This document shows positions 18,979 to 26,585 of a DNA stretch of 33,326 bases, piece after piece. Position numbers and translations under genes: made by a program. Source of the stretch: a virus (lineage: Duplodnaviria > Caudoviricetes). The notes beneath the pieces were generated by a model that had not been told where the DNA came from, ran no database searches, and worked only from the letters and a program-made list of their open reading frames with translations. The stretch lies in the IMG/VR virus record IMGVR_UViG_3300011335_000907, positions 1-33,326 of that record; one strand, given 5' to 3'. How positions within the stretch are numbered: position 1 is the stretch's first letter; every line of letters begins with the position of its first letter.

Positions 18979-19196
18979 GCTGTGCTCCATGCCAAAAGGC
19001 TAGGGGATTGGCGCAATCGCTTGGCGCTTGGGCTGGCGCCGGGATGCCTGTTTCCAATCAAGACTTAAGGCAAAAAAGATTAGACACTTGTAAAACTTGC
19101 GAACACTACACAGGCCTAATCTGTAGAAAGTGCGGTTGTCTTGTCATGGCAAAAGCCAGGCTAGCGACCAGTAAGTGCCCCGTTGGCAAGTGGTAG
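18969..19196 (+). CDS. Cys-rich metal-binding domain, probably reached by -1 frameshift from 18280..18978
   Basis: Open -1 frame KKLSCAPCQKARGLAQ...RLDTCKTCEH...CRKCGC...KCPVGKW; no convincing independent start. Confidence 0.55.
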   Translation, partial: KKLSCAPCQKARGLAQSLGAWAGAGMPVSNQDLRQKRLDTCKTCEHYTGLICRKCGCLVMAKARLATSKCPVGKW

Positions 19197-19218
19197 TCTT
19201 TGACATTCCCCGTCCAGA

Positions 19219-19554
19219 ATGGCCGCTGGCGTCTATAATTTAACCATTGAACAAGGGGTAGATCTCGCTCTTGAGGTGGCCGTAAAAGACAGCACCGCCG
19301 CCACCTACTCGCTCACCGGTGCCACCGCGGCCGCTCAAATACGCGATACCTACAACGGCTCACTCTTGGCCACATTTGCCTCCGTAACAGCTACGGGCAC
19401 CACAGGTGTTCTTACCCTAGCGTTGAGCGCCATCACAGCATCAACCTTGCCGTTGGCAGGCGGTAAATGGGACCTACTCCTCACTACATCCGCCTCTACT
19501 AAAATTCGTTTACTTCAAGGATCGGTTACCATTGCTGGCAGAGTGACAGTCTAA
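19219..19554 (+). CDS. Baseplate/fibre adaptor (BppU N-terminal-like Ig fold)
   Basis: YNLTIEQG...AQIRD...WDLLL...RLLQGSVTI pattern; preceded by TTGACA-N13-ATG. Confidence 0.6.
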   Translation: MAAGVYNLTIEQGVDLALEVAVKDSTAATYSLTGATAAAQIRDTYNGSLLATFASVTATGTTGVLTLALSAITASTLPLAGGKWDLLLTTSASTKIRLLQGSVTIAGRVTV

Positions 19555-19718
19555 TGGCCCTTACCGCTACCGTCTGCGGCCCCGCCAGCATCACTGTATC
19601 GGTCAGTGGCCCGTCAAGCGTCAGCGTAGCCGTCGGCACACCCATCGTCACAGGTGGGGTAGGGGAAGCCGGCGTTACCACTGGCACGGTCGTCGCTCTG
19701 GCCGTAGCGCTGGGATGA
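19554..19718 (+). CDS. 54-aa fibre-associated protein (not in ORF track)
   Basis: TAATG-coupled ORF MALTATVCGP...VVALAVALG. Confidence 0.6.
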   Translation: MALTATVCGPASITVSVSGPSSVSVAVGTPIVTGGVGEAGVTTGTVVALAVALG

Positions 19719-19735
19719 CATAGGAACTAGAGAAA

Positions 19736-21196
19736 ATGAAACAAGTCTGGCCAAATTATAGCTACAGCCCCACGACCAACGTCCTCACACTCACGGGACT
19801 GAACATAGACCGCGACCAACTTCTTTTGGTATCGGCTCCCGAACGTGGGCGGATAATGTACAACTTTGCCGATAGTACAGTCACAGCGTCCGCCTTCACC
19901 GCTGGGGCAAATACTGGCCTTACCCTGGTGGCGTCTACGGCTGGCCTTACCACCACGGCCGCCTTTGTAATTTATTACGATGACCAAGCAAGCGGTATCT
20001 CTGTTACGGTCACAACCGTTTCAATAAATAATTTTCCAGCCACACAACCAGTTACCCTCGCAAGCACCACAGTAACCGTTAGTTCGCTTCCAGCCTTAGC
20101 AGCTGGGACGGCTCAGATCGGAAGCGTAACGGCAAGCATCAGCGGGACTGTTCCTGTCTCTATATCCTCCGTAACAATCGGAAACTCCGTCACCATCGGC
20201 TCGCTCCCTGCAATCTCTGGCACAGTTACAGCAAATACCGGACTCACTCAGCCACTAACCGACACCCAGTTAAGAGCAGGTGCTGTTAGCGTTATTATCA
20301 GTCAACCTTCTTCACTTTCTCGCGTAGGGGTAAATCTTGTGGACGCCTCTGGAACTGGAAACTACGGGACCAGCGGCAGTGCGCTAAATGTTGCTGGTAC
20401 AGTCACCATAGGAAACTCCGTAACCATCGGCTCACTTCCTGCCATATCTGGCACAGTCACAGCAAATCTTAATCTCCCAAGTTTTGCTGGAGCTGATGGC
20501 GATGTCGTAACTCGCGCCGTAAATATTGGATATTATGACGCAAGTTTTGGAGAATTTAAGGCGGTAAATTCGTCTAATACCCCGCTCCCAATCGGAGGCA
20601 CTGTGACAGCAAACCTCCCAACGTCCGCTTTTGGTAGCGACCAGGGAGGAATAGCATCGGACAACGGTGGATCGGTGCCTCCCTTTGGCGTTCAGATCGG
20701 CTATGAAGATGCCAACAATAACTGGGCAAACGTAAAGTCAAGTCATGGCTTGCCGGTCTCATTAGTTGGCGAAAACTTTGGCACTGGAGTTATTCAAGCA
20801 ATCACCGATTCTGAAAAAGATACAATTAGATCGTCGCTTTGGATTGCTGATGGTTCAGCAATCAATGGATCCGCTACTGAGGGACAAATTTTATCACAAA
20901 GCTATCCTATGCCCGTTGCTGCTGCGCAAGGCACATCAGTTACTACTTCCAATTTTACCAGTACCACCGCATCTACCGTGCTCGCTAATTTTAATGCCAC
21001 AAGAAGAGTGCTGACGATTTTCAACGAGGGGGCTGGTAGCCTTCATATCTGTGCAGGGGCAACTTGTACCACCATCGCCTATCAGGTGCGCCTGTCATCT
21101 GGAGATTATTACGAAGTGCCAAATCATCAGACTACTATAACGCACTCGGCGGTATTCGCCACCGCAGGCACGGCACGCATAGTCCAGATTAGCTAG
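19736..21196 (+). CDS. Tail fibre / receptor-binding protein with internal repeats
   Basis: Ser/Thr/Val-rich, repeated ISGTVTAN units; preceded by ATGACA-N15-ATG. Confidence 0.7.
   Translation: MKQVWPNYSYSPTTNVLTLTGLNIDRDQLLLVSAPERGRIMYNFADSTVTASAFTAGANTGLTLVASTAGLTTTAAFVIYYDDQASGISVTVTTVSINNFPATQPVTLASTTVTVSSLPALAAGTAQIGSVTASISGTVPVSISSVTIGNSVTIGSLPAISGTVTANTGLTQPLTDTQLRAGAVSVIISQPSSLSRVGVNLVDASGTGNYGTSGSALNVAGTVTIGNSVTIGSLPAISGTVTANLNLPSFAGADGDVVTRAVNIGYYDASFGEFKAVNSSNTPLPIGGTVTANLPTSAFGSDQGGIASDNGGSVPPFGVQIGYEDANNNWANVKSSHGLPVSLVGENFGTGVIQAITDSEKDTIRSSLWIADGSAINGSATEGQILSQSYPMPVAAAQGTSVTTSNFTSTTASTVLANFNATRRVLTIFNEGAGSLHICAGATCTTIAYQVRLSSGDYYEVPNHQTTITHSAVFATAGTARIVQIS
20171..20467 (+). 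repeat. Two 66-bp degenerate direct repeats (20171..20236, 20402..20467) encoding identical VTIGNSVTIGSLPAISGTVTAN
   Basis: Same 22 aa with many synonymous differences. Confidence 0.85.
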
Positions 21197-21205
21197 GAGC
21201 AGGCG

Positions 21206-21895
21206 ATGGCACTTACAAAAGCTAAGTCAAATTGGTTTAATAGTTTATCAGATTTTGATTTGGTAGATGATTTTTTTCTAACATCCCAAGGTCTTTTTCT
21301 TGCTCAAACAAGCGCGGGAGGAGGATATGCCGACACCCCGGCATACACGGATTCACCTGTTAACGGAATGTATTACGGATCAACAAGTACAGGAACAAGT
21401 GGAGCTGTTGGGTTGGCTGGATCAATATCGCTTCTTTTTTCTAGTTGGAATAGGCTATCAGTAGCCTGTCGAATTAAGCTTAATACACTAGCAGACGCAA
21501 CAAACTCTTACAGAGTTTTCCTTGGATTCACTCACAGTATATCTGCCAACTCGACTCCTAGCACAAGAAATGCTGGTTTTTTTTACAGTAACGCCACAGC
21601 AAATTGGCAGGCATACACCTACAACGCTTCTACCGGAACAACTACTGATACTGGAATTGCCGCTAGCGCTGCATCATTTAACACATTTCTAGTTAGAGCA
21701 AATGGAGCAAGCTCAGTTCAATTTTTAATAAATAATGTTATTGTAGCAACGCATACAACCAACATTCCTACCGCTGCGGTTTGCGCTCACTTTTCAATGT
21801 TAAAAACAGCGGGAACAACTGCAAGGGACTTTTATATTGATTGGGCAAGACTTTCTGGCTCTGGAAATTCAAGAACACTAGACGGAAGTATCTAA
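21206..21895 (+). CDS. Lectin/beta-sandwich-like fibre-associated protein
   Basis: AGGAG SD; AT-rich; VQFLINNVIVATHTTNIPT and FYIDW segments typical of ConA-like tip domains. Confidence 0.55.
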   Translation: MALTKAKSNWFNSLSDFDLVDDFFLTSQGLFLAQTSAGGGYADTPAYTDSPVNGMYYGSTSTGTSGAVGLAGSISLLFSSWNRLSVACRIKLNTLADATNSYRVFLGFTHSISANSTPSTRNAGFFYSNATANWQAYTYNASTGTTTDTGIAASAASFNTFLVRANGASSVQFLINNVIVATHTTNIPTAAVCAHFSMLKTAGTTARDFYIDWARLSGSGNSRTLDGSI

Positions 21896-22020
21896 TGCCC
21901 CTCCTTTTCCTCGCCCTCTTTTTCTTCTCTTGCTCGCCTAAGCACGCGCCTAGCTCTGGTCTGCCAGACTACTCCGATATGGGAGCCGCTGAGGATGCAG
22001 GCAAAACCCCCAGCAAATGA
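21895..22020 (+). CDS. 41-aa putative lipoprotein (not in ORF track)
   Basis: TAATG-coupled; MPLLFLALFFFSC lipobox-like signal. Confidence 0.5.
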   Translation: MPLLFLALFFFSCSPKHAPSSGLPDYSDMGAAEDAGKTPSK

Positions 22021-22132
22021 AGACTTCTAGGGCGCAAAAGAAGCGCACACAAATACGAAAACACGTTTCCTTAGTCATGTCCAAACCAACGCGCAAAGGA
22101 AATTCAAATAACGGGTTTTCTTATTAAAGGCC

Positions 22133-22291
22133 ATGACCACCTCCAATGATGAGAGCCGCGGCCCCGGCTGGCGCGAGTTTTGGCAAAGCCTAAAATGGCT
22201 GGAGGCCGAAGGGTATATCGAGCTGTTTTACGATAAGAACGGGGAAGAGACCGTGAGGATCGCGGAAGGGGCGGAAGGCTACACCCTATGA
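22133..22291 (+). CDS. 52-aa hypothetical protein (not in ORF track)
   Basis: MTTSNDESRGPGWREFWQSLKWLEAEGYIELF...; ATGA-coupled to next gene. Confidence 0.6.
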   Translation: MTTSNDESRGPGWREFWQSLKWLEAEGYIELFYDKNGEETVRIAEGAEGYTL

Positions 22292-22548
22292 GCACCGACC
22301 AAGTAGTCGAACTGGCCGAGCGCCTTTCCCTAGTCCGCGAATCTATCGCCCGCATAGAGACCCGTCAGTCCGTTATCCTTGAAGTGCTAGAACGATCACA
22401 GGCAAGCCTGGGGGACTACCACGGCCGCCTGCGTGAGATGGAAAACTCCGCCCACTCCCTCCGCACTAAGATCTGGCTGATCAGTGTGTGCGCTGGGGCC
22501 GTCTGTTCGATGGTGTGGGAACTAATCAAGCGCCGGGTGGGGCTTTGA
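22288..22548 (+). CDS. Coiled-coil protein with C-terminal TM helix (holin/antiholin-like)
   Basis: Heptad region then IWLISVCAGAVCSMVW; start of lysis module. Confidence 0.55.
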   Translation: MSTDQVVELAERLSLVRESIARIETRQSVILEVLERSQASLGDYHGRLREMENSAHSLRTKIWLISVCAGAVCSMVWELIKRRVGL

Positions 22549-22563
22549 CACTCCGCTAGGGGT

Positions 22564-22737
22564 ATGCAACCAATAATCACCACCCTGTTACAGATCGACT
22601 GGCTCGGCGCACTAGGCGCACTCACCGCACTTCTCGCCGCCGTGGCCGCAGTGGCCGCCTTTATCCCTGGGGATGAGCCAGAGGCGACGCTCCACAAGAT
22701 CGTAGACTTCTTGAGTCAGTTCAGTAAGAAGCCCTAA
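22564..22737 (+). CDS. 57-aa holin-like membrane protein (not in ORF track)
   Basis: MQPIITTLLQIDWLGALGALTALLAAVAAVAAFIPGDEPE...; preceded by TTGACA-N13-ATG. Confidence 0.6.
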   Translation: MQPIITTLLQIDWLGALGALTALLAAVAAVAAFIPGDEPEATLHKIVDFLSQFSKKP

Positions 22738-22742
22738 AAAAT

Positions 22743-22910
22743 ATGATCACTGGCGTCCTAGCTTTGCTGGGGGCAGTGGCGGGGATTGTCTTGTGGATCA
22801 TGAAACGGCGCACCCCGCTCCAACGCGATTACGAACAGATCGAGATCGATCGACAAAAAAGGAACCGTGATATTGATTCGTGGTGGTCTAACCGCCCTCC
22901 TGGTTCTTAG
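22743..22910 (+). CDS. Inner-membrane spanin (Rz-like), 55 aa (not in ORF track)
   Basis: N-terminal TM MITGVLALLGAVAGIVLWIM then charged helix; 3' end overlaps a lipoprotein gene. Confidence 0.6.
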   Translation: MITGVLALLGAVAGIVLWIMKRRTPLQRDYEQIEIDRQKRNRDIDSWWSNRPPGS

Positions 22911-23121
22911 TGCGCTTTCCTCCTGTGCCACGCTCCCGCGCACAGAAGGCCCGCCACCTACGCCGGACACGATCACAGATCTCATCATGCGGTGGGATGC
23001 TATCGAACGCCGTGTCGGCCATTGTGATAAGGAATATCGGGATCAGTACGTCGCGGCGCTTAAGGCGCTGTCTGATAGCTTGGCGGAAACTGCAAAGTCC
23101 AACGCCCGCGAAGGACGATGA
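22867..23121 (+). CDS. Outer-membrane spanin lipoprotein (Rz1-like)
   Basis: Lipobox LSSC followed by Pro-rich linker; overlaps i-spanin in another frame. Confidence 0.65.
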   Translation: MILIRGGLTALLVLSALSSCATLPRTEGPPPTPDTITDLIMRWDAIERRVGHCDKEYRDQYVAALKALSDSLAETAKSNAREGR

Positions 23122-23621
23122 CCTCCCTAGCTGAGAGCAACGCCCGCACCCTGCGGGCGATCGATACCCTTGCGCCTTACTTTCAAAAACGGGTAAGGGG
23201 ATGGGCCATGGAGATGGTAAACTCTAAGATCCCGCCACTCATCTACTGCGGCATGCGGACGATGGAGGAGCAAGCGGCGCTTTTTGCGATCGGTCGGACT
23301 TCCCCTGGCAAAGTGGTGACCAAGGCCAGAGCAGGGGAGTCATTCCATAACTACGGGCTGGCCTTTGATTGGGTGCCGTTAAAAATGTCCCCTAAGAATC
23401 CAGACCTCTACGTGGCGGATTGGGACGATGAAACCGCTTTCAGATTGGGCGAGCACGTCGGCCAGTCGTTTGAGCTGGCCGCTATAAGTTGGGAGACAGG
23501 CCACTTGCAGGCCAGTGAGTACGCAAGCTGGCGTGACATTCTACATGTTAAAGTGGAACAACGACTCGCCGTTTTTGCCAAACCTACCGCTACCCGTCGC
23601 GTAAAAATGAGGCGTCCATGA
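23118..23621 (+). CDS. Endolysin, peptidase M15 family
   Basis: RTMEEQAALFAIGRT, SFHNYGLAFD, WETGHLQ Zn-peptidase motifs. Confidence 0.9.
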   Translation: MTSLAESNARTLRAIDTLAPYFQKRVRGWAMEMVNSKIPPLIYCGMRTMEEQAALFAIGRTSPGKVVTKARAGESFHNYGLAFDWVPLKMSPKNPDLYVADWDDETAFRLGEHVGQSFELAAISWETGHLQASEYASWRDILHVKVEQRLAVFAKPTATRRVKMRRP

Positions 23622-23962
23622 CCGAATCGCCCGCCCTCCACACGCCTATGTCCGAGGAGCACGAAAAGCACCTAGCAGGGATCATCAATGATCTAGCCAG
23701 GGACGTGTCTAAGAAGTACCGCAAAGGCCAAGAGGAGCACGGTGGTGCGCTTTGGCGTAGGCCCGTGTGGAAAGATACGTGGGACGAAGTCCTAGACCTC
23801 TGTACGTACGTCCACACCCTGCGGCTACAGCTCGGCGTTATTGCAGATCTAGCCTTGCAGGGAGCATCCGACGAAAGCCTATGTGCCGCTCAATCGCGTG
23901 AAAATTGTCGCCAGATTCTAGCAGTCCTACAGGGGTTCCCGTCCGCCCAGGACAAAAAGTGA
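23618..23962 (+). CDS. Helical protein, possible all-alpha NTP-pyrophosphatase-like fold
   Basis: KYRKGQEEHG...DEVLDLCTY resembles MazG-like acidic helix motifs. Confidence 0.4.
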   Translation: MTESPALHTPMSEEHEKHLAGIINDLARDVSKKYRKGQEEHGGALWRRPVWKDTWDEVLDLCTYVHTLRLQLGVIADLALQGASDESLCAAQSRENCRQILAVLQGFPSAQDKK

Positions 23963-24705
23963 AGGTGGTAAAGAAGTGGAAGCGGTGGCTGGCCGTGTCC
24001 TGCTCCCACGGTCACCTCGCTAACCCGGCCGCTCTTAAAGCGGCACTGGAAATGAAGAAGCGGTGGCAACCGCATACCACGCTCCATCTTGGTGATTTCC
24101 TAGATCTATCCAGTCTGATGGGATCGGCCCGCAAGGATCCTGATAATCCTGAACGATCGATCTCGATCCGTGAGGACTTCGACGCTGGGCTAAATTTCGT
24201 CCGCCAGTTGGCTCCAAACTATCTTTATGAGGGCAACCATGAACACCGTCTAACCGCGCTCCAAACCTCGCCTAGCGCCATCGTGGCTCACTGCTGCATG
24301 TCTGCGAAGTCGGAGATCTACAACCTGTGTAAGGATCTAAAGGCTGAGTGGGTGCCGTATGATATTGAGAAAGGGTGGCGGGATCTGGGTGGCACCGCGT
24401 TCGGCCACGGGTTTATGTTTTCAGAATCTAGCGCTGTACGGGATCACGTAGAGATGACGCGTAAGCCAGTAGTCATCGGCCATCTGCATAGGATCGATCG
24501 ATCGTCCGGCCGTAGTTTCGGCGCCCCAGTAGGGTGGACTATTGGATGCCTAGCAGACATAGGCAGCATGCACTACGCCCGTCGGCAGCGGTCGGTTACT
24601 AGGTGGCAACACGGCGTGGCGTGGGGAGAATACGTAGACGGCGGGCAAGGATGTACGGTGAACGTCCTGTCGCCAGTGGAGGGACAATGGCGCTACCCGA
24701 TCTGA
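23959..24705 (+). CDS. Calcineurin-like metallophosphoesterase
   Basis: SCSHG, GDFLD, GNHE, GHG, GHLH motifs; GTGA-coupled start at 23959. Confidence 0.88.
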   Translation: MKVVKKWKRWLAVSCSHGHLANPAALKAALEMKKRWQPHTTLHLGDFLDLSSLMGSARKDPDNPERSISIREDFDAGLNFVRQLAPNYLYEGNHEHRLTALQTSPSAIVAHCCMSAKSEIYNLCKDLKAEWVPYDIEKGWRDLGGTAFGHGFMFSESSAVRDHVEMTRKPVVIGHLHRIDRSSGRSFGAPVGWTIGCLADIGSMHYARRQRSVTRWQHGVAWGEYVDGGQGCTVNVLSPVEGQWRYPI

Positions 24706-25004
24706 CGCGTGATTGGGCCTTGGCCCTGCAGGATCATGTTTCTCAACGAGTAGAGCGCCCAGCGCCACCGGGCTGGCTAACAACAAAGGGAATCGCCGAT
24801 CTCTTAAAAATTACCCCTCCACATGCGAGTCGTCTTTTATCTTCAATGGTAAAAGCAGGGAAAGCGGAAATGAAAAAATTTTCTTCTCCCGTAGAAGTCC
24901 GCCACACCAACGCTCTCACCGCCTACGGCCCCCGCCGTGCTTACACTCGTCTCACGCCTTTTTTTCGTTTAATAAAAACAAATCAATCGATTAAGAAATC
25001 TTAA
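24687..25004 (+). CDS. Winged-HTH DNA-binding protein
   Basis: LTTKGIADLLKITPPHASRLLSSMVKAG; likely start ATG 24687. Confidence 0.65.
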   Translation: MALPDLTRDWALALQDHVSQRVERPAPPGWLTTKGIADLLKITPPHASRLLSSMVKAGKAEMKKFSSPVEVRHTNALTAYGPRRAYTRLTPFFRLIKTNQSIKKS

Positions 25005-25172
25005 GCTACACCCCCTCCCAACACCCCCCCCCCCCCGTACTTTTTTTTGTAACTCTTTTACGATGCAAATCGTAATGAAAGCACTCAGGCTTTGACCCAC
25101 CTTTTTAGCTCGGAGAATCGCCTGCTTTTTAATTCTAGGATCTAGCGTTAGATTTGTAGTTACTTTTCTCAT
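24969..25172 (-). CDS. Ribbon-helix-helix regulator (probable repressor)
   Basis: MRKVTTNLTLDPRIKKQA...GQSLSAFI matches Arc/CopG pattern; divergent from xis-like gene. Confidence 0.7.
   Translation of the reverse strand: MRKVTTNLTLDPRIKKQAILRAKKVGQSLSAFITICIVKELQKKVRGGGGVGRGCSLRFLNRLICFY
25024..25048. repeat. Homopolymer tracts C13 (25024..25036) and T8 (25041..25048)
   Basis: Directly visible; within 3' part of the RHH gene. Confidence 0.9.
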
Positions 25173-25233
25173 TGAATTTTAATTGATAAATAAACCCTTG
25201 ACAGTAATTATGCGCATCCTATGCGTAGAGGGC
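25173..25233. promoter_or_regulatory. AT-rich divergent control region with TTGATA (25183) and TTGACA (25198)
   Basis: Between divergent RHH and xis-like genes; TTGACA lies about -35 from GTG 25234; -10 box weak. Confidence 0.5.
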
Positions 25234-25584
25234 GTGAGATCCCCCGACCTTACTGATTCCCGAGCCAGCGCTACTGCCGCCGCTAAACTTCGCCTAGAAA
25301 ATAATCTTCCGGTTAGCATTGGTGAATTTTGTTTGGCATACGGCATCCCCTATTCCTACGGTCGCCGAGTGTGGAATGAGGCTGGATTCCCCTCGATCTG
25401 CGGGCGGGTTTTTCCAAGGGCGTTTGAAACGTGGTCTGCACAGCCCCGCGGTCAACAAACTGGCGCAGGTCTTCCACCTCATGACGCTGGTAAAGTTGGT
25501 GGACTAGATGCGAGGAGTGGTTTACGAGTCGCATGGAAACAGATTGCGGCACCCCAGCCTTTCGGAGTTCGGTCACTCGCGTAA
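25234..25584 (+). CDS. Excisionase-like small DNA-binding protein (start uncertain)
   Basis: VSIGEFCLAYGIPYSYGRRVWNEAGFP...F..W resembles Xis/AlpA HTH; adjacent to integrase. Confidence 0.5.
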   Translation: MRSPDLTDSRASATAAAKLRLENNLPVSIGEFCLAYGIPYSYGRRVWNEAGFPSICGRVFPRAFETWSAQPRGQQTGAGLPPHDAGKVGGLDARSGLRVAWKQIAAPQPFGVRSLA

Positions 25585-26470
25585 CCCGTAAAGAATGAAA
25601 ACAGTGAACACGCAATCCCAACCGATTAAAAAGCTGACGCCAGAAGTAACTGGCTTTGGGCGGGATGGTGCAGGTCATCGTCTCGCCATCGGCTTTCAGT
25701 TTTGTAAGCAGACCGACGATGGCGGAGGGGATGGGGATTGTGAAGGACATATCGCTCCCGCCTTTGGGGCAGGGAAAGGTCATCGTCTTGGCGACCAAGT
25801 CCACCCCGTCCAGCGGAATGGCAGTTTCACGGAGTCTGCATCCAGTAGCCAACCCTATTTCGAAACTTATTCCCATCCAACGAGGAAGCACGGGGGAGCT
25901 CAGAGCAGCTCTAACCAAGGTAACCTGCTCAGGCGTGAAGGGCGGAAAGGATCGAATCTTGGGGGAATACTTGATTCGGTAGTCGTCGAGGGCGTGCGTC
26001 TGCAATCGGCCCAACAGCCTGCCCTGCCTTTGGATCCACTTCATCATCTTCACGTCGCGGCAGGCTTGGTTTCGGTGGACTTGGTGGCCGGATCGGTGGC
26101 GGCGGGCATCGGCGGGTCGTCGATCACCGCAACGCCAGGTGATGTACGCCTCGGCGGCAGCTGGGCCGAACTGGCTGAGTTGCATACCTTGCTCAGAAAG
26201 GAAAAGCTCCAGCCAGTTCCAAGAGTTCAAGTAGTGGGAAATCGTCAAATGGCTTGCAGGCCAATTTTCTATATGATATCTAACCCAGCCATGGTGCTCG
26301 TAAAGTTTTTCCTGTTCGTGGACGCTCAGCTCGGCCGCCTCGGCCAGCGCCTTGGCTCGGTGGAGTTGGGAATCTATTTGCCAGCGTGTAGTTTTTCCCT
26401 TCCAGATCCCGTCCGCTTTATATCGGATCGAGTAGGTCTTCTGGCCAGCTCTTTTATAAATAGAGGCCAT
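25313..26470 (-). CDS. int: Tyrosine recombinase / integrase
   Basis: TGCRLRE (R), HSLR (HxxR), VNH (H), QLY (Y); N-terminal MASIYKR arm-binding start at 26470. Confidence 0.92.
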   Translation of the reverse strand: MASIYKRAGQKTYSIRYKADGIWKGKTTRWQIDSQLHRAKALAEAAELSVHEQEKLYEHHGWVRYHIENWPASHLTISHYLNSWNWLELFLSEQGMQLSQFGPAAAEAYITWRCGDRRPADARRHRSGHQVHRNQACRDVKMMKWIQRQGRLLGRLQTHALDDYRIKYSPKIRSFPPFTPEQVTLVRAALSSPVLPRWMGISFEIGLATGCRLRETAIPLDGVDLVAKTMTFPCPKGGSDMSFTIPIPSAIVGLLTKLKADGETMTCTIPPKASYFWRQLFNRLGLRVHCFHSLRVTRVTELRKAGVPQSVSMRLVNHSSHLVHQLYQRHEVEDLRQFVDRGAVQTTFQTPLEKPARRSRGIQPHSTLGDRRNRGCRMPNKIHQC

Positions 26471-26476
26471 GAAACA

Positions 26477-26506
26477 AACGTAGCATACGCTTTGTTCGCC
26501 TAGCAA
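26477..26506 (-). promoter_or_regulatory. Sigma70-like leaderless integrase promoter TTGCTA-N18-TACGTT-N6-ATG with extended -10 TG
   Basis: Spacing and ATG position fit a canonical promoter. Confidence 0.5.
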
Positions 26507-26548
26507 GAAAAACATACGCAATGAATACGCATACTCATACCAACGAAA

Positions 26549-26585
26549 GTAGCCAAGATTGGAGGTTCAAATCCTCTCGGGCGCA
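26549..26585 (+). other. attP core: 3' half of a tRNA (Arg-like)
   Basis: GCCAA GATT GGAGG TTCAAAT CCTCT CGGGCGC A = anticodon 3' strand, T-arm, acceptor 3' strand; no 5' half; next to int. Confidence 0.8.

Noticed and set aside
20171-20467. Diversity-generating retroelement TR/VR pair
   Set aside because: Differences are synonymous and not adenine-specific; no reverse transcriptase in the genome
22017-22127. 36-aa basic ORF MKTSRAQKKR...
   Set aside because: Only ATGA coupling supports it; too short to call
25595-26503. 302-aa plus-strand ORF
   Set aside because: Antisense shadow of the integrase; no recognisable protein features
26549-26585. Possible intact tRNA gene
   Set aside because: No 5' acceptor strand or D-arm upstream; treated as attP core
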